Source: a virus (Duplodnaviria; Heunggongvirae; Uroviricota; Caudoviricetes). Taken from it: a DNA stretch of 64,000 nucleotides. The translations under genes and the position numbers were made by a program. The stretch lies in IMG/VR virus record IMGVR_UViG_3300024265_000032. The stretch is one strand, 5' to 3'. A model generated the notes under the pieces. The model saw only the letters and a program-made list of their open reading frames with translations. It was not told where the DNA came from and searched no databases. This document shows, in pieces, positions 28,411 through 37,570 of the stretch; position 1 is the stretch's first letter, and the number at the start of each line of letters is the position of its first letter.

Positions 28411-28845
28411 TTATACACCGTAGTCCGTGGCCAGATTTTCGTATTTATCAGGGTCTTCATCCGCCTGTCTGTGGCATTCAGCACACAGATACAGCAAAAA
28501 GAAGGGTCTGGAGTGATCTGGGTGGTGTCCTTGGATGTTTTTTTCGGACATGCAAAGTTCGCATTCATCTAGTGGGACGAGTTTCCCCGTTTTTACAGCC
28601 TGACGGACAAGGTATCGGGCGTGTTCCTTTTCGGGGAATTTTTCCTTGTCTCTTCTGGTTTGTTCTGCATTCGGGGTTGAAGGGTCACATCGGCGGTTTT
28701 CATTGGTCAGCTTGGAAGCGCATGATCGTGAACAGGTGTGTTTTTGTCCTATCTTTACGGTCTGTTTGATGCGACTTTCTTCTTTTTCGAAAGGTTCCCT
28801 ACACCATTCACAATTAACCGTTCGGGTATCGACCATTATTGCCAT
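28411..28845 (-). CDS. HNH-like Zn-finger nuclease candidate (144 aa)
   Basis: CEWCR...CSRSC...ECELCMSEKNIQGHHPDHSRPF..LCAECH. Confidence 0.5.
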   Translation of the reverse strand: MAIMVDTRTVNCEWCREPFEKEESRIKQTVKIGQKHTCSRSCASKLTNENRRCDPSTPNAEQTRRDKEKFPEKEHARYLVRQAVKTGKLVPLDECELCMSEKNIQGHHPDHSRPFFLLYLCAECHRQADEDPDKYENLATDYGV

Positions 28846-29759
28846 GCTTTCAAATTACGTTGGGCATATCGGTCTTTATAGATTATAGCCCTTGGGTTTG
28901 ACAGAACGGCATCTGCAATGATTTCATTGTACAGAGTGTGAATTTGGTTAACTGGTGGTTTATCAGGTAGATCACTACCTTTCTCTGCATTGTTGGCGTC
29001 GAGTTTAGCGTATTCGTAGAGCGTAGATACTTCATCCAAATTCAATTCACCCTGCTTTATAGATAAAAGCAATTCTGCGCGAGGACAAGGAAATGTAATG
29101 TTACCTGTGTCCATGAGTTCTTTGAGTTGATCAAGCAATCTGATTGTATGACACGCGCTGGAAGTACAATAACCATGCAACTTTATTTGTTTTTTCCGCT
29201 TAGCACCCAGTTTGCGATTTGTCTTGCGAGTTTCCATTTGATGATTCATAAATAAAAGACGTATGATTTCATCCATCGATTCTTTCCCTGGATGAAATAC
29301 TTGTCGTATGTTCTCGACCACTGTATCTTCATTGGATGTTCTCTTGATAGGGACGAGTTGAGTACCCGTGACTTTTCTCCATTCTGATTCTGCATATCCC
29401 CCGATGCGTCTGGCAAATTGCTTACATGCAAATAATGATCTGTTACGAAGAACAGTACCTCCAACATCTGTTCGCTCAATGATATTTGGCTCGGGTGCAA
29501 ATAGAATTTCATAGCATAATGGATCGCCGCTAATTAGAAGTTCGAAAAATCGTTTGAGAGAATATATCACGATATCTGGTTCTCTAATGACTTTTTGCTC
29601 GAATCGAGCTAAGCCAGCAAGATACTCGAAAGGGGGTATAGTGAATCCTCGATAGTCGTGATCACTTTCTTGCGTTTTGGTACCGTACAATCTAGACCCA
29701 GCCATTACGAGAAAATCTGGATTGTCGATACTGCGAGTGAGTTCTGCTTCTTTGTTCAT
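28836..29759 (-). CDS. Pol-beta superfamily nucleotidyltransferase (PF10127/RlaP-like candidate)
   Basis: MAGSRLYGTKTQESDHDYRGF = hG[GS]...DhD nucleotidyltransferase motif. Confidence 0.55.
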   Translation of the reverse strand: MNKEAELTRSIDNPDFLVMAGSRLYGTKTQESDHDYRGFTIPPFEYLAGLARFEQKVIREPDIVIYSLKRFFELLISGDPLCYEILFAPEPNIIERTDVGGTVLRNRSLFACKQFARRIGGYAESEWRKVTGTQLVPIKRTSNEDTVVENIRQVFHPGKESMDEIIRLLFMNHQMETRKTNRKLGAKRKKQIKLHGYCTSSACHTIRLLDQLKELMDTGNITFPCPRAELLLSIKQGELNLDEVSTLYEYAKLDANNAEKGSDLPDKPPVNQIHTLYNEIIADAVLSNPRAIIYKDRYAQRNLKAWQ

Positions 29760-30112
29760 ACGATTTTCAACTTATCCATCAACGACTCTACTTTAGCTAT
29801 ACACTGGTTGTGATCTTCTATGAACATTTCCATGAAATCTTCGGGGTTCAGCGGTGCTGGAGATTCATAGTTGTAGTCGATGAATTTGGCTTCTGGCAGA
29901 ATACAAACAATAAATTTTTTTATGACCGAGATTTGGCGACAGGGAAGCACACCTATATTCAAATGCTTTACGGGAGATTGCATATTATTTGCTTTAGCGA
30001 ATTCTTCAGCAGCAATATACACCTTTTCGATTGCGGCGAAAGTGGTTCTTGTTTTCCATCTAGACAGAAGAAAGTTCAACAGTTGTCTGCGGTTCTTTTT
30101 TGTTACTATCAC
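29756..30112 (-). CDS. hypothetical protein (118 aa)
   Basis: ORF track. Confidence 0.5.
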   Translation of the reverse strand: MIVTKKNRRQLLNFLLSRWKTRTTFAAIEKVYIAAEEFAKANNMQSPVKHLNIGVLPCRQISVIKKFIVCILPEAKFIDYNYESPAPLNPEDFMEMFIEDHNQCIAKVESLMDKLKIV

Positions 30113-30133
30113 TTTTTTGTTCTCCTTAATATG

Positions 30134-30544
30134 CTAATGCTGGTATAATAGATAAGATACGTACATAAGACATTCTGCCAAGAACGGAGCCAAACTTTGT
30201 CCTATTGTGTGGATTTCCGCGACAGTGAACCATCCTATTCCTACTATATCCACACAAGCGGGTTTGAGTTCCCCATCCCACATGTTACACAAAAAAATAT
30301 GCGTATTGTATTGTCCTACACGCAATGTATGTAGCAGCTTGAAATTGTGTCCGTTAAGATTGGTTTCTTCTTTGAGTTCTCTGGCGGCGGCGTTGGCAAG
30401 TGTCTTGTCTTCTGGATTAACTTTTCCTCCAGGGAAGCACCATGTTCCCCCCGATACATCATCGACCGATCTTTGTATTAGGAGAAAACGGTTTTTGCTT
30501 TTTAGAACAACCCAGACAACCTCGATCACATCTTCCCCTTTCAA
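30134..30544 (-). CDS. NUDIX hydrolase (MutT-like)
   Basis: Nudix box GGKVNPEDKTLANAAARELKEETNL. Confidence 0.8.
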   Translation of the reverse strand: MKGEDVIEVVWVVLKSKNRFLLIQRSVDDVSGGTWCFPGGKVNPEDKTLANAAARELKEETNLNGHNFKLLHTLRVGQYNTHIFLCNMWDGELKPACVDIVGIGWFTVAEIHTIGQSLAPFLAECLMYVSYLLYQH

Positions 30545-30581
30545 TAATAGAGGGATTCCATGGTATTATACACCGACTGTT

Positions 30582-31079
30582 CTATTTCCACGTTTTTCTA
30601 GTAACAATTTCTGATATACGATTTTGCGTAGTAGCAAAGTCATTGGCAATGGATTGTTGTGTTTCTCCATTCGCGTATCGAGAACGTATTGAGTCAATAT
30701 CTGTTTGTGTGAATCTAGCTCTGCCATGTTTTTCTTTTGTACACATAGTCCCGTGTATTTTTTTGTCATCGGAATTGTCTTGGGATGTACCCCATCGAAG
30801 ATTGTTTGGTAAATTGTTTGATCTATTTCCATCGAGATGACGAGATACCATTCCGATAGCACATGGTCCATGGAAAGCACAACAAATCAATCGATGGACT
30901 TTTAAGGATCGCCTATGTCCGTTACATCGAACCCTAATTATCATATATCCATCTTTGTCAGCATGTTGAACTAATTTTTTCAGTTGTCCATTACGACAAA
31001 TGCGATAGATATTGCCTTTATTATCTACTCTACATTGGGGAAAATCGGGAATAATTTGTAGGTTAGCGATCATCACCAT
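30582..31079 (-). CDS. HNH homing endonuclease (HNH_3/AP2-type)
   Basis: YMIIRV...KVHRLICCAFHG...VSRHLDGNRSNNLPNNLRWGTSQDN. Confidence 0.75.
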   Translation of the reverse strand: MVMIANLQIIPDFPQCRVDNKGNIYRICRNGQLKKLVQHADKDGYMIIRVRCNGHRRSLKVHRLICCAFHGPCAIGMVSRHLDGNRSNNLPNNLRWGTSQDNSDDKKIHGTMCTKEKHGRARFTQTDIDSIRSRYANGETQQSIANDFATTQNRISEIVTRKTWK

Positions 31080-31647
31080 CGCCCTTCAGCTTGCCTCTTT
31101 CTTGACGACTTAGCAATTTTTCTATGTTGCCAGTGTAAACATTTTCCAGGGTGCAGTTGCACCTGATAGCAAATTCTTCGATGCACGCAAGAACCTTTGT
31201 CACGTTATGAGCTATAGCTACGAATCTGCTGCGTTCTCCCAAGTGACAAGCATAATCGTAATACCATGATTCAAGTGCTTCTGCGACAAGTGATGCGCAT
31301 CTGTTCATATACAGCACCAATTGTGGCCACTCCATCAAGCGAACTTTCTGTGTTTGCGAACTGTTTTTCATTTCGTAGCACATTTGTAGATCACAGTCCG
31401 TATCAGAACAAAGATTCGACAAATACCAACAACAATCCCCCAATTCCTTCCTGATAGCCTCTTTCCTCTTGTCGGTCAATTTACCGTTGTCATCACGGTA
31501 AAGCTTCTTGACTTTTTCCGCTACTTCACCACACTCTCCTACGAGTCCTAGTCCTGGGTAGATCATGGATATATCTACATCGTAATCTTCTCCTGTGTGA
31601 TAAACGGCAGTCGACCTAGCTTTCTCTTGGTATTCTCTAAGATTCAT
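31063..31647 (-). CDS. MazG-like nucleoside triphosphate pyrophosphohydrolase
   Basis: YPGLGLVGECGEVAEKVKK and ELGDCCWYL (EExxE/ELGDxLW MazG motifs). Confidence 0.7.
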   Translation of the reverse strand: MNLREYQEKARSTAVYHTGEDYDVDISMIYPGLGLVGECGEVAEKVKKLYRDDNGKLTDKRKEAIRKELGDCCWYLSNLCSDTDCDLQMCYEMKNSSQTQKVRLMEWPQLVLYMNRCASLVAEALESWYYDYACHLGERSRFVAIAHNVTKVLACIEEFAIRCNCTLENVYTGNIEKLLSRQERGKLKGDGDDR

Positions 31648-32353
31648 TATCTTCCTCCTGGAGTAATTCTGTTTCTTTTGGGACCATATTCAAGATGTCG
31701 GCTACGAACTGTATGTTCGGAGACAACACAACAAATGCTTCTTTGGGGGGTATCCCTAACTGCTTGGATGCAATCTTGGCAGATTCAGCCAACTTCGGGG
31801 CCATAGCTCTTATTGAAGCCATAGCTCGGCCTATCGGATCGGTTATTTCAATATCCTGAAAACGATATCGCTTAATTCTAATGCCTAATTCCTTACATAT
31901 CTCAGTGATTTTTGAACCTATCGCTTCCTCTACTGTGCTACTATCGTTGACTAAATCATCAAATGGAACCGTGGTGACAATGTGTCTGATTGCAGCTTCG
32001 CAAGCCTCGATCATGAACTGATCGGAATCTTCGGTAAAGGTAAGATACTTCATGAGATTGGTGATTCTGTAAATCACAACACCTCTTATGCGAACAGAAA
32101 GACCATCCTCTGTCAAGACGTACATTGATTCTGCTATGCCGAGGTTTGTTTGGACATGTCGTTTTTCGATTGTCTGTCCTGTTGTGCCGAAATGAATTCC
32201 CGATTCCAAATCTTTGCTTGGTTTTCCGAAGGTAAATCGAATAGCCGACCATCCAGGGATAACTATCGCCCATTTAATTGGACAAATCCAAACGATTGGG
32301 GCTATCAACAAGTTTTCGATCATAGCCATTATTCGAGTTAGCAATTCACTCAT
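31637..32353 (-). CDS. SPFH/band-7 (stomatin/prohibitin-like) domain protein with N-terminal TM
   Basis: N-terminal hydrophobic segment then SVRIRGVVIYRITN...KYLTF core typical of SPFH. Confidence 0.6.
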   Translation of the reverse strand: MSELLTRIMAMIENLLIAPIVWICPIKWAIVIPGWSAIRFTFGKPSKDLESGIHFGTTGQTIEKRHVQTNLGIAESMYVLTEDGLSVRIRGVVIYRITNLMKYLTFTEDSDQFMIEACEAAIRHIVTTVPFDDLVNDSSTVEEAIGSKITEICKELGIRIKRYRFQDIEITDPIGRAMASIRAMAPKLAESAKIASKQLGIPPKEAFVVLSPNIQFVADILNMVPKETELLQEEDNES

Positions 32354-32583
32354 ACAACTATCCTATCACATTGTATCCACTGAGCACGTTAATCAATACA
32401 TCCAAACTACAACAGTCACATGGTTTCGTAAGTTTCTTTTTTCCGAAACAGCCAGGACATAATGTTCTTATGTGGTGAGTGGTAATGTGTATGAATATTA
32501 TCTTGTAAATACACGATTCGCAAATACATACTCCACCCATAAGTTTTTTGGTCTTTCTCGTCGAGTAATACTGACCACAGGTG

Positions 32584-32937
32584 TCACATATGATCTTTCT
32601 GAAGAATAACCCTGCCAATTTTTTCCACGACAACGACAAAATGCGAATGATAAAGGTCGATAAAGTCTGCGATAGTCCATGAAAAGCCATTCATAATCTC
32701 CGGTTCACTACGTATCAAATCCGCCCACTTGGGTAATTCTACACACAATTCATTCTGGATTTTTTGTTGTCGTTCGTATGTCTCGAAATCAAAAACGACA
32801 GGCTTTCCCGATGTTCTTCTGATTCGTCTCTTCAAACCATCAACCTGTTTCCCAGCTTTTTTTATGCAAGCCTTTTTGCTATCGTCAATCAATTCGATCC
32901 ACTGTGCAAGAAGTTCTTTGACTACAACTTTGTTCAC
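32584..32937 (-). CDS. hypothetical protein (117 aa)
   Basis: ORF track; preferred over overlapping 32358..32690. Confidence 0.4.
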   Translation of the reverse strand: MNKVVVKELLAQWIELIDDSKKACIKKAGKQVDGLKRRIRRTSGKPVVFDFETYERQQKIQNELCVELPKWADLIRSEPEIMNGFSWTIADFIDLYHSHFVVVVEKIGRVILQKDHM

Positions 32938-33656
32938 TTCAAGTCCTCCAAAAAGTCAATATCACCACCTGTTTCGTCCAGCTTCTTTCTGATGTCTTTT
33001 ATCTGACCAAAAATTTGTTTTGAGTTGTCGGCGATCTTATCCGGGGATGAATCGACAAAAGTCAATTCCCAAAATATGCTGGTAATCAGACACCAGAGTG
33101 TTGGATCGATTCTTAGGCTGAATCCTGTTCTGTGAAAACTTTTCTCATCTTGTATAAATGGTGGACAAAAATGAACGATTGGCGAGACGCGAATAGGAAG
33201 GTGTGCAAGGTCGTTGACGGGGGTGAACTCTATCCCATACCCTCTGGTTTCTGGGCATTTGCAGGGTTCATCTTCGCAAACACATCCGGGTCCGACTCCA
33301 TGGAAACCCATAAGACCCGATAGTTCACTTTTTGTGGGGTCTTCCCAACTTAAATCATCCTTCATGTCGCACTCTGATTTCCAGTAGAGTTCGAGATATT
33401 CTGGTTGGACTATAGCATTGGGGTCTCTGTTTTTATTGATCTGGGTCCAGAATGAATCGAAGTCTTCCATACCAAAGATTTTGGCAATTCCTGGGGTTAT
33501 TCTTTCTGCCAACGCGATGAGTTTGAACACGTCATAGAGAGTAAAGTCATGTGCAATCTTTGTGACACTCCACTGAAAATCACTTGGTCTGAAGTCATCT
33601 CTATGGTATTGTTTGGTCAGATGTATGCCGAACGACGCAGGATTATGCTCTGGCAT
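32934..33656 (-). CDS. hypothetical protein (240 aa) with CxC/CKC cluster
   Basis: ORF track; ATGA overlap with downstream. Confidence 0.55.
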   Translation of the reverse strand: MPEHNPASFGIHLTKQYHRDDFRPSDFQWSVTKIAHDFTLYDVFKLIALAERITPGIAKIFGMEDFDSFWTQINKNRDPNAIVQPEYLELYWKSECDMKDDLSWEDPTKSELSGLMGFHGVGPGCVCEDEPCKCPETRGYGIEFTPVNDLAHLPIRVSPIVHFCPPFIQDEKSFHRTGFSLRIDPTLWCLITSIFWELTFVDSSPDKIADNSKQIFGQIKDIRKKLDETGGDIDFLEDLK

Positions 33657-34362
33657 ATTTTACCCCTAGATGGTCAGCCGTTTGTTGGATAACGTTTTCA
33701 CTAATCTCTACCCCTACGCAGTTCACGCCGAGCCTTTGACAGACTATAGCCGTTGTTCCGCTTCCCAAGAACGGGTCTAACACACGACCACCTGGGCGGC
33801 AATGTCCTTTGACGATACGCTCCACCAGCGCTTCTGGAAGTTGAGTTGGGGACCATTTTCTCTTCTCCTTAAACGTACCGCACACCCGAGGGAATTCCCA
33901 CACATTGGGCGGCATTTTACCGCCAGGAAGGGCTCTTTTATCGTTGTATTTTGTTTGTCGTGCGCTAGGCACCTTGATTTCTTCTGGTCTAACGTAGTCC
34001 GAATTCAACCAGTACATCGGTCTGTAGCAAAGACCATATCTACCTCTGTTTGTTTGGTCCTGACCAAAAGTGTAATACCACTGTAATCTTTGAATTATTG
34101 GGATACAACTGTTACCAAGGGCGTATTCAATCAATTCGGTCCATTTCGCGTTGAAGGTGAAAAAAATGGGTCCGTTAGTCAGACCAGCCATCATATCGAG
34201 CCAGTCCTGGATGTTCTGCTTGTAAACGTCTGGTGGTTGATTATCTTTGAAACCATCGTACTTGAGGCCAATATTGTCCGGTGGATCGGCTATAATCAGG
34301 TCTATCTGGCCGCTTTTGCGTATGTTTGCTTTTTCGAATTCACCGTGAATCAATTTGATCAT
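33643..34362 (-). CDS. DNA methyltransferase (N6A/N4C, beta-class)
   Basis: motif IV DLIIADPPDN precedes motif I LDPFLGSGTTAIV. Confidence 0.8.
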   Translation of the reverse strand: MIKLIHGEFEKANIRKSGQIDLIIADPPDNIGLKYDGFKDNQPPDVYKQNIQDWLDMMAGLTNGPIFFTFNAKWTELIEYALGNSCIPIIQRLQWYYTFGQDQTNRGRYGLCYRPMYWLNSDYVRPEEIKVPSARQTKYNDKRALPGGKMPPNVWEFPRVCGTFKEKRKWSPTQLPEALVERIVKGHCRPGGRVLDPFLGSGTTAIVCQRLGVNCVGVEISENVIQQTADHLGVKYARA

Positions 34363-34499
34363 ACTGTGATCTCCAGAGAAATATTCCTACATACTATTAT
34401 ACGTCAGGTAGGGGCTTGTGTCCCAAAAAAAAGATAAAAAAAACCGAGCGCTTTTACCAAAATGTGCTGTCTATATATATGGAGGGGTGTTTTTATCGG

Positions 34500-34513
34500 A
34501 CGTTGTGTATAAT
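34500..34513 (+). promoter_or_regulatory. TGTGTATAAT promoter-like motif in divergent intergenic region
   Basis: cgttgtgtataatttcc ~10 nt before 34522 start. Confidence 0.45.
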
Positions 34514-34521
34514 TTCCAGGG

Positions 34522-34710
34522 GTGATGAAAATGAGTGATGAGAAAAACAAGATTGATTGTCGACTGAAGGCCACTGGAACAAGTAAGGCTGACGCGAAGG
34601 TCGTCAAAGACTTGTCTGTCCCTGATCCAGAACCAGCAGTTGGGAAAAAAATTCTTGACGAACTGACTGAAGAGGAATCAAAGGATGACGCAAGATCAAA
34701 GAATTCTTAA
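34522..34710 (+). CDS. hypothetical acidic protein (62 aa)
   Basis: ORF track. Confidence 0.45.
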   Translation: MMKMSDEKNKIDCRLKATGTSKADAKVVKDLSVPDPEPAVGKKILDELTEEESKDDARSKNS

Positions 34711-35272
34711 TGAAGCATATCCCATAATTGAGAAGATAGCAAAATCTCGTAGTAGCAATGGTGCATTCGCGTATTATTGTAACGACGACATAAGACAAGA
34801 AGTATGGTGCATGTGCTTGGAAGCGATGGATCGATACGATCCAAAGGTTGGTCCTATAGAAAACTACTTGGCAAGACATGTGGCTAACCGTATCAAAAAT
34901 CTGAAAAGAGACAAATATTTCCGTCCTGGATCAGATGTACCAAGTTCTGGGTTCGCACGAATCAGAATGAATCTTATTAATGCACTTCCTCTTGGCGGTG
35001 GAGATATTGCTGACCAAGGAACCCTCTTGTGTGGCACGCCCATCAGTTGTGATCCAATAAACTACATATTGTGTGAAGATGATCCAATAAACTACATCTT
35101 GTGTGAAGAAACTTTTGTATATATCAAGGAAAGACTGCCAGAGGATTTACTTTTGCCGTTCGAAGCATTGGTGGGCAACAATAAGGTTCGCAGTCAAGTT
35201 ACCGATCTTGTCAGAAAACATGTTATTGACATTCTAAGAGAAAGGGAAGAAGATGGCGGAAACGAAGAATAA
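34685..35272 (+). CDS. sigma-70-family (ECF-like region 2) factor candidate; contains 30-bp tandem duplication
   Basis: DIRQEVWCMCLEAMDRYDP..GPIENYLARHVANRIKNLKRDKY; tandem DPINYILCED/DPINYILCEE at ~35045-35105. Confidence 0.5.
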   Translation: MTQDQRILNEAYPIIEKIAKSRSSNGAFAYYCNDDIRQEVWCMCLEAMDRYDPKVGPIENYLARHVANRIKNLKRDKYFRPGSDVPSSGFARIRMNLINALPLGGGDIADQGTLLCGTPISCDPINYILCEDDPINYILCEETFVYIKERLPEDLLLPFEALVGNNKVRSQVTDLVRKHVIDILREREEDGGNEE

Positions 35273-36173
35273 AAGACTATCTTCAAATCCTAGGGCTCTT
35301 GAGATTGTAGGGGAAGGTGTCAGTAACCATCTTTCAGATAAAGACATTCAAAAGATACTCGTTAAAGAGTGTGGATATAAATGGACTACCGACACGATTG
35401 GTCGCAGACGCAGGGCTATGATTAGTAACAAGCAGGATAAGCCAGAAGTGGTTTCTGATGGTGTTGATGCGCCGATGATGACCGTTCCGCCATATGGTCT
35501 AAATGAGTCAGAGACAGCGGCTTGGTTCAGAGAACAATTCAAAAATTCTCATCTGTATCCGACTATCAAGAGACAACTCGAACCAAACGAAATAATCGTA
35601 TACATTAACGATTTTGGTCATTTGTGTTGCCAATTTGCTGATATAGTCGTCAGTGAATTCATGCAGATTGATGATTTTCTTAAACATAGAATTCTTGTTG
35701 ACAGACAGTTGGTTTTGGCCCTTTCTTTGCAGAGACAGATAGATATTCTTGGTCTTTGGTTTGTGGAGAATCCAAAAAAAGAGGATGAGGCTAAGGATAC
35801 TATCAAATTTCGTCTCATGCAACAAAGACAAATGGACGATTTTTACAAACAACTGAAGGTCGTGAATGACCGGTACGATACGTTGGTTAAAGAAAGAGCG
35901 AGAATTTACAGTGGATTGAACGCAACACGAAAAGATCGTCTAGATGAACTCAAGGGTGGGAAAGAAACATTTTTAGATTTGGTCGGCAAGTTGCAGCATT
36001 CACAAGAAGAAAGAGATAGACACGGACGCTTTGCAGCGTTGACGAAATTGGCAGCAAAAGATGTTGCGGATAATTTTCGTAAACCCAATGAATTTCCCGA
36101 TGGTACTGTTGCGCCAATTATCATGGATGCACAAACAAAATTCTCAAGCGATGGAGTAGATACTGATGAATAA
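35253..36173 (+). CDS. hypothetical protein with N-terminal HTH-like segment (possible small terminase; weak)
   Basis: SDKDIQKILVKECGYKWTTDTIGRRRRA; coiled-coil-like C-terminal half. Confidence 0.45.
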   Translation: MAETKNKRLSSNPRALEIVGEGVSNHLSDKDIQKILVKECGYKWTTDTIGRRRRAMISNKQDKPEVVSDGVDAPMMTVPPYGLNESETAAWFREQFKNSHLYPTIKRQLEPNEIIVYINDFGHLCCQFADIVVSEFMQIDDFLKHRILVDRQLVLALSLQRQIDILGLWFVENPKKEDEAKDTIKFRLMQQRQMDDFYKQLKVVNDRYDTLVKERARIYSGLNATRKDRLDELKGGKETFLDLVGKLQHSQEERDRHGRFAALTKLAAKDVADNFRKPNEFPDGTVAPIIMDAQTKFSSDGVDTDE

Positions 36174-37269
36174 ATGTGCTCTTTGTATTCCAAGACCTGG
36201 AGATACATCTTCAGCTATTCAGCAGGGATATATGGATGTCCTAAAACAGTTAGGGTGGACAGTATACTGCTGTGATCCAAAAACCAAATTGGGTTGTACA
36301 AAATTCATTGAAGAATATGGTGTCAGACTAATCATTACTCACTCAAGATTTGGTGTCAGACAGTTGCCGATCCATTCGATAAACAAACACAATGTATCTG
36401 TCATGGTAGATGCGTTGCCCCTCAACGAAGACAATATGGGGTTGAATGGACCATACGAATTTGCGAATAATGATGAATCGCATGTCCTACAAGAGATCGA
36501 AAGGTTAGTTGTTCATACCAGGATTGATTCACACTTGTGGCCATTATATATGAGTGGTTGGGAATCTAATGATATTGATCTGTTGTTTTTGCCAGTTGCT
36601 GGAAATATCGTCAGAGCAATGCCACCAACTTGTTCGATCCTAACAGATGTCGCTATGATTGCAAATTTTGGTCACAAACAAGATGTTCTCAAACACCTGA
36701 TATCACCGCTTTTTAGTCGCATTGATTTGTTGGGATATTCTTATCAGGCATTCGGCGATGAAGCCTGGAAATTATCTGGGATTGCCCATAACGGACCACT
36801 TATTGATGATGGTAAAAAAATGGCATATGTTTACGCTACTGCCAAGGTGTGTCCAAACGTACACACAATAACACAAGTTAAATCTCAAGTGTGTTTGAAC
36901 GAAAGAACATTTATGATTCCGCTGTGTGGCGGCAGACAGATATCTGATACTCCAATGGCTCTTGATTTCCTTGGACCACATTGTGAAATAGCTAACAACA
37001 TTACCGACTATATGAACATGGTTATTGATGCTATAGAAGACGAAACACCACGATACGATAGGGTGAGATCGGCAGTAGAGCATGTCGCACACAACCACAC
37101 TTATTTTAATCGCTTGAGTGTGTTGTTCTTGAGGTTAGGATTGAAAGAATTTGCTGATGATGCAAAAGCAGAAGGAAAAAGTGCTGCGATTCGTCATTGT
37201 TGGGGAATGGATGCAAGGTTGAGTGCAGAAGAAAGGGGCGTCATGTATGAAGAAACGATCGTCGGCTGA
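36166..37269 (+). CDS. conserved hypothetical protein (367 aa); speculative sugar-transferase given Gmd neighbour
   Basis: long ORF; no firm motif. Confidence 0.55.
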   Translation: MNKCALCIPRPGDTSSAIQQGYMDVLKQLGWTVYCCDPKTKLGCTKFIEEYGVRLIITHSRFGVRQLPIHSINKHNVSVMVDALPLNEDNMGLNGPYEFANNDESHVLQEIERLVVHTRIDSHLWPLYMSGWESNDIDLLFLPVAGNIVRAMPPTCSILTDVAMIANFGHKQDVLKHLISPLFSRIDLLGYSYQAFGDEAWKLSGIAHNGPLIDDGKKMAYVYATAKVCPNVHTITQVKSQVCLNERTFMIPLCGGRQISDTPMALDFLGPHCEIANNITDYMNMVIDAIEDETPRYDRVRSAVEHVAHNHTYFNRLSVLFLRLGLKEFADDAKAEGKSAAIRHCWGMDARLSAEERGVMYEETIVG

Positions 37270-37303
37270 ACGCAATCTGGGTAGGCGCATTTTTGGTGTT
37301 ACC

Positions 37304-37570
37304 ATGCCCATCGAGCGGAAAAGAACAAAATGGGGAAGAAATTGGCCCTGTATGTGTGGTAGCGGCAAGAAGCACAAAAATTGCTGCCTACAAACAACAG
37401 AATCCTTGACATTGCAAGACGGCAATGCCAGTGTTGTGGAACTGTCTGAAGATGTGCAGAAGTTGGTTAAGATGCATCAGGAAGCCATCGCTGCTAAAGC
37501 AGAGGGTGGGACAAATAAGGGAAACGGAGGCGAAAGTCGCTATGAAGGTAACACAAGAAAAAACAAATAA
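37304..37570 (+). CDS. SEC-C-motif small basic protein
   Basis: KWGRNWPCMCGSGKKHKNCC = SEC-C Zn-binding motif. Confidence 0.4.
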   Translation: MPIERKRTKWGRNWPCMCGSGKKHKNCCLQTTESLTLQDGNASVVELSEDVQKLVKMHQEAIAAKAEGGTNKGNGGESRYEGNTRKNK

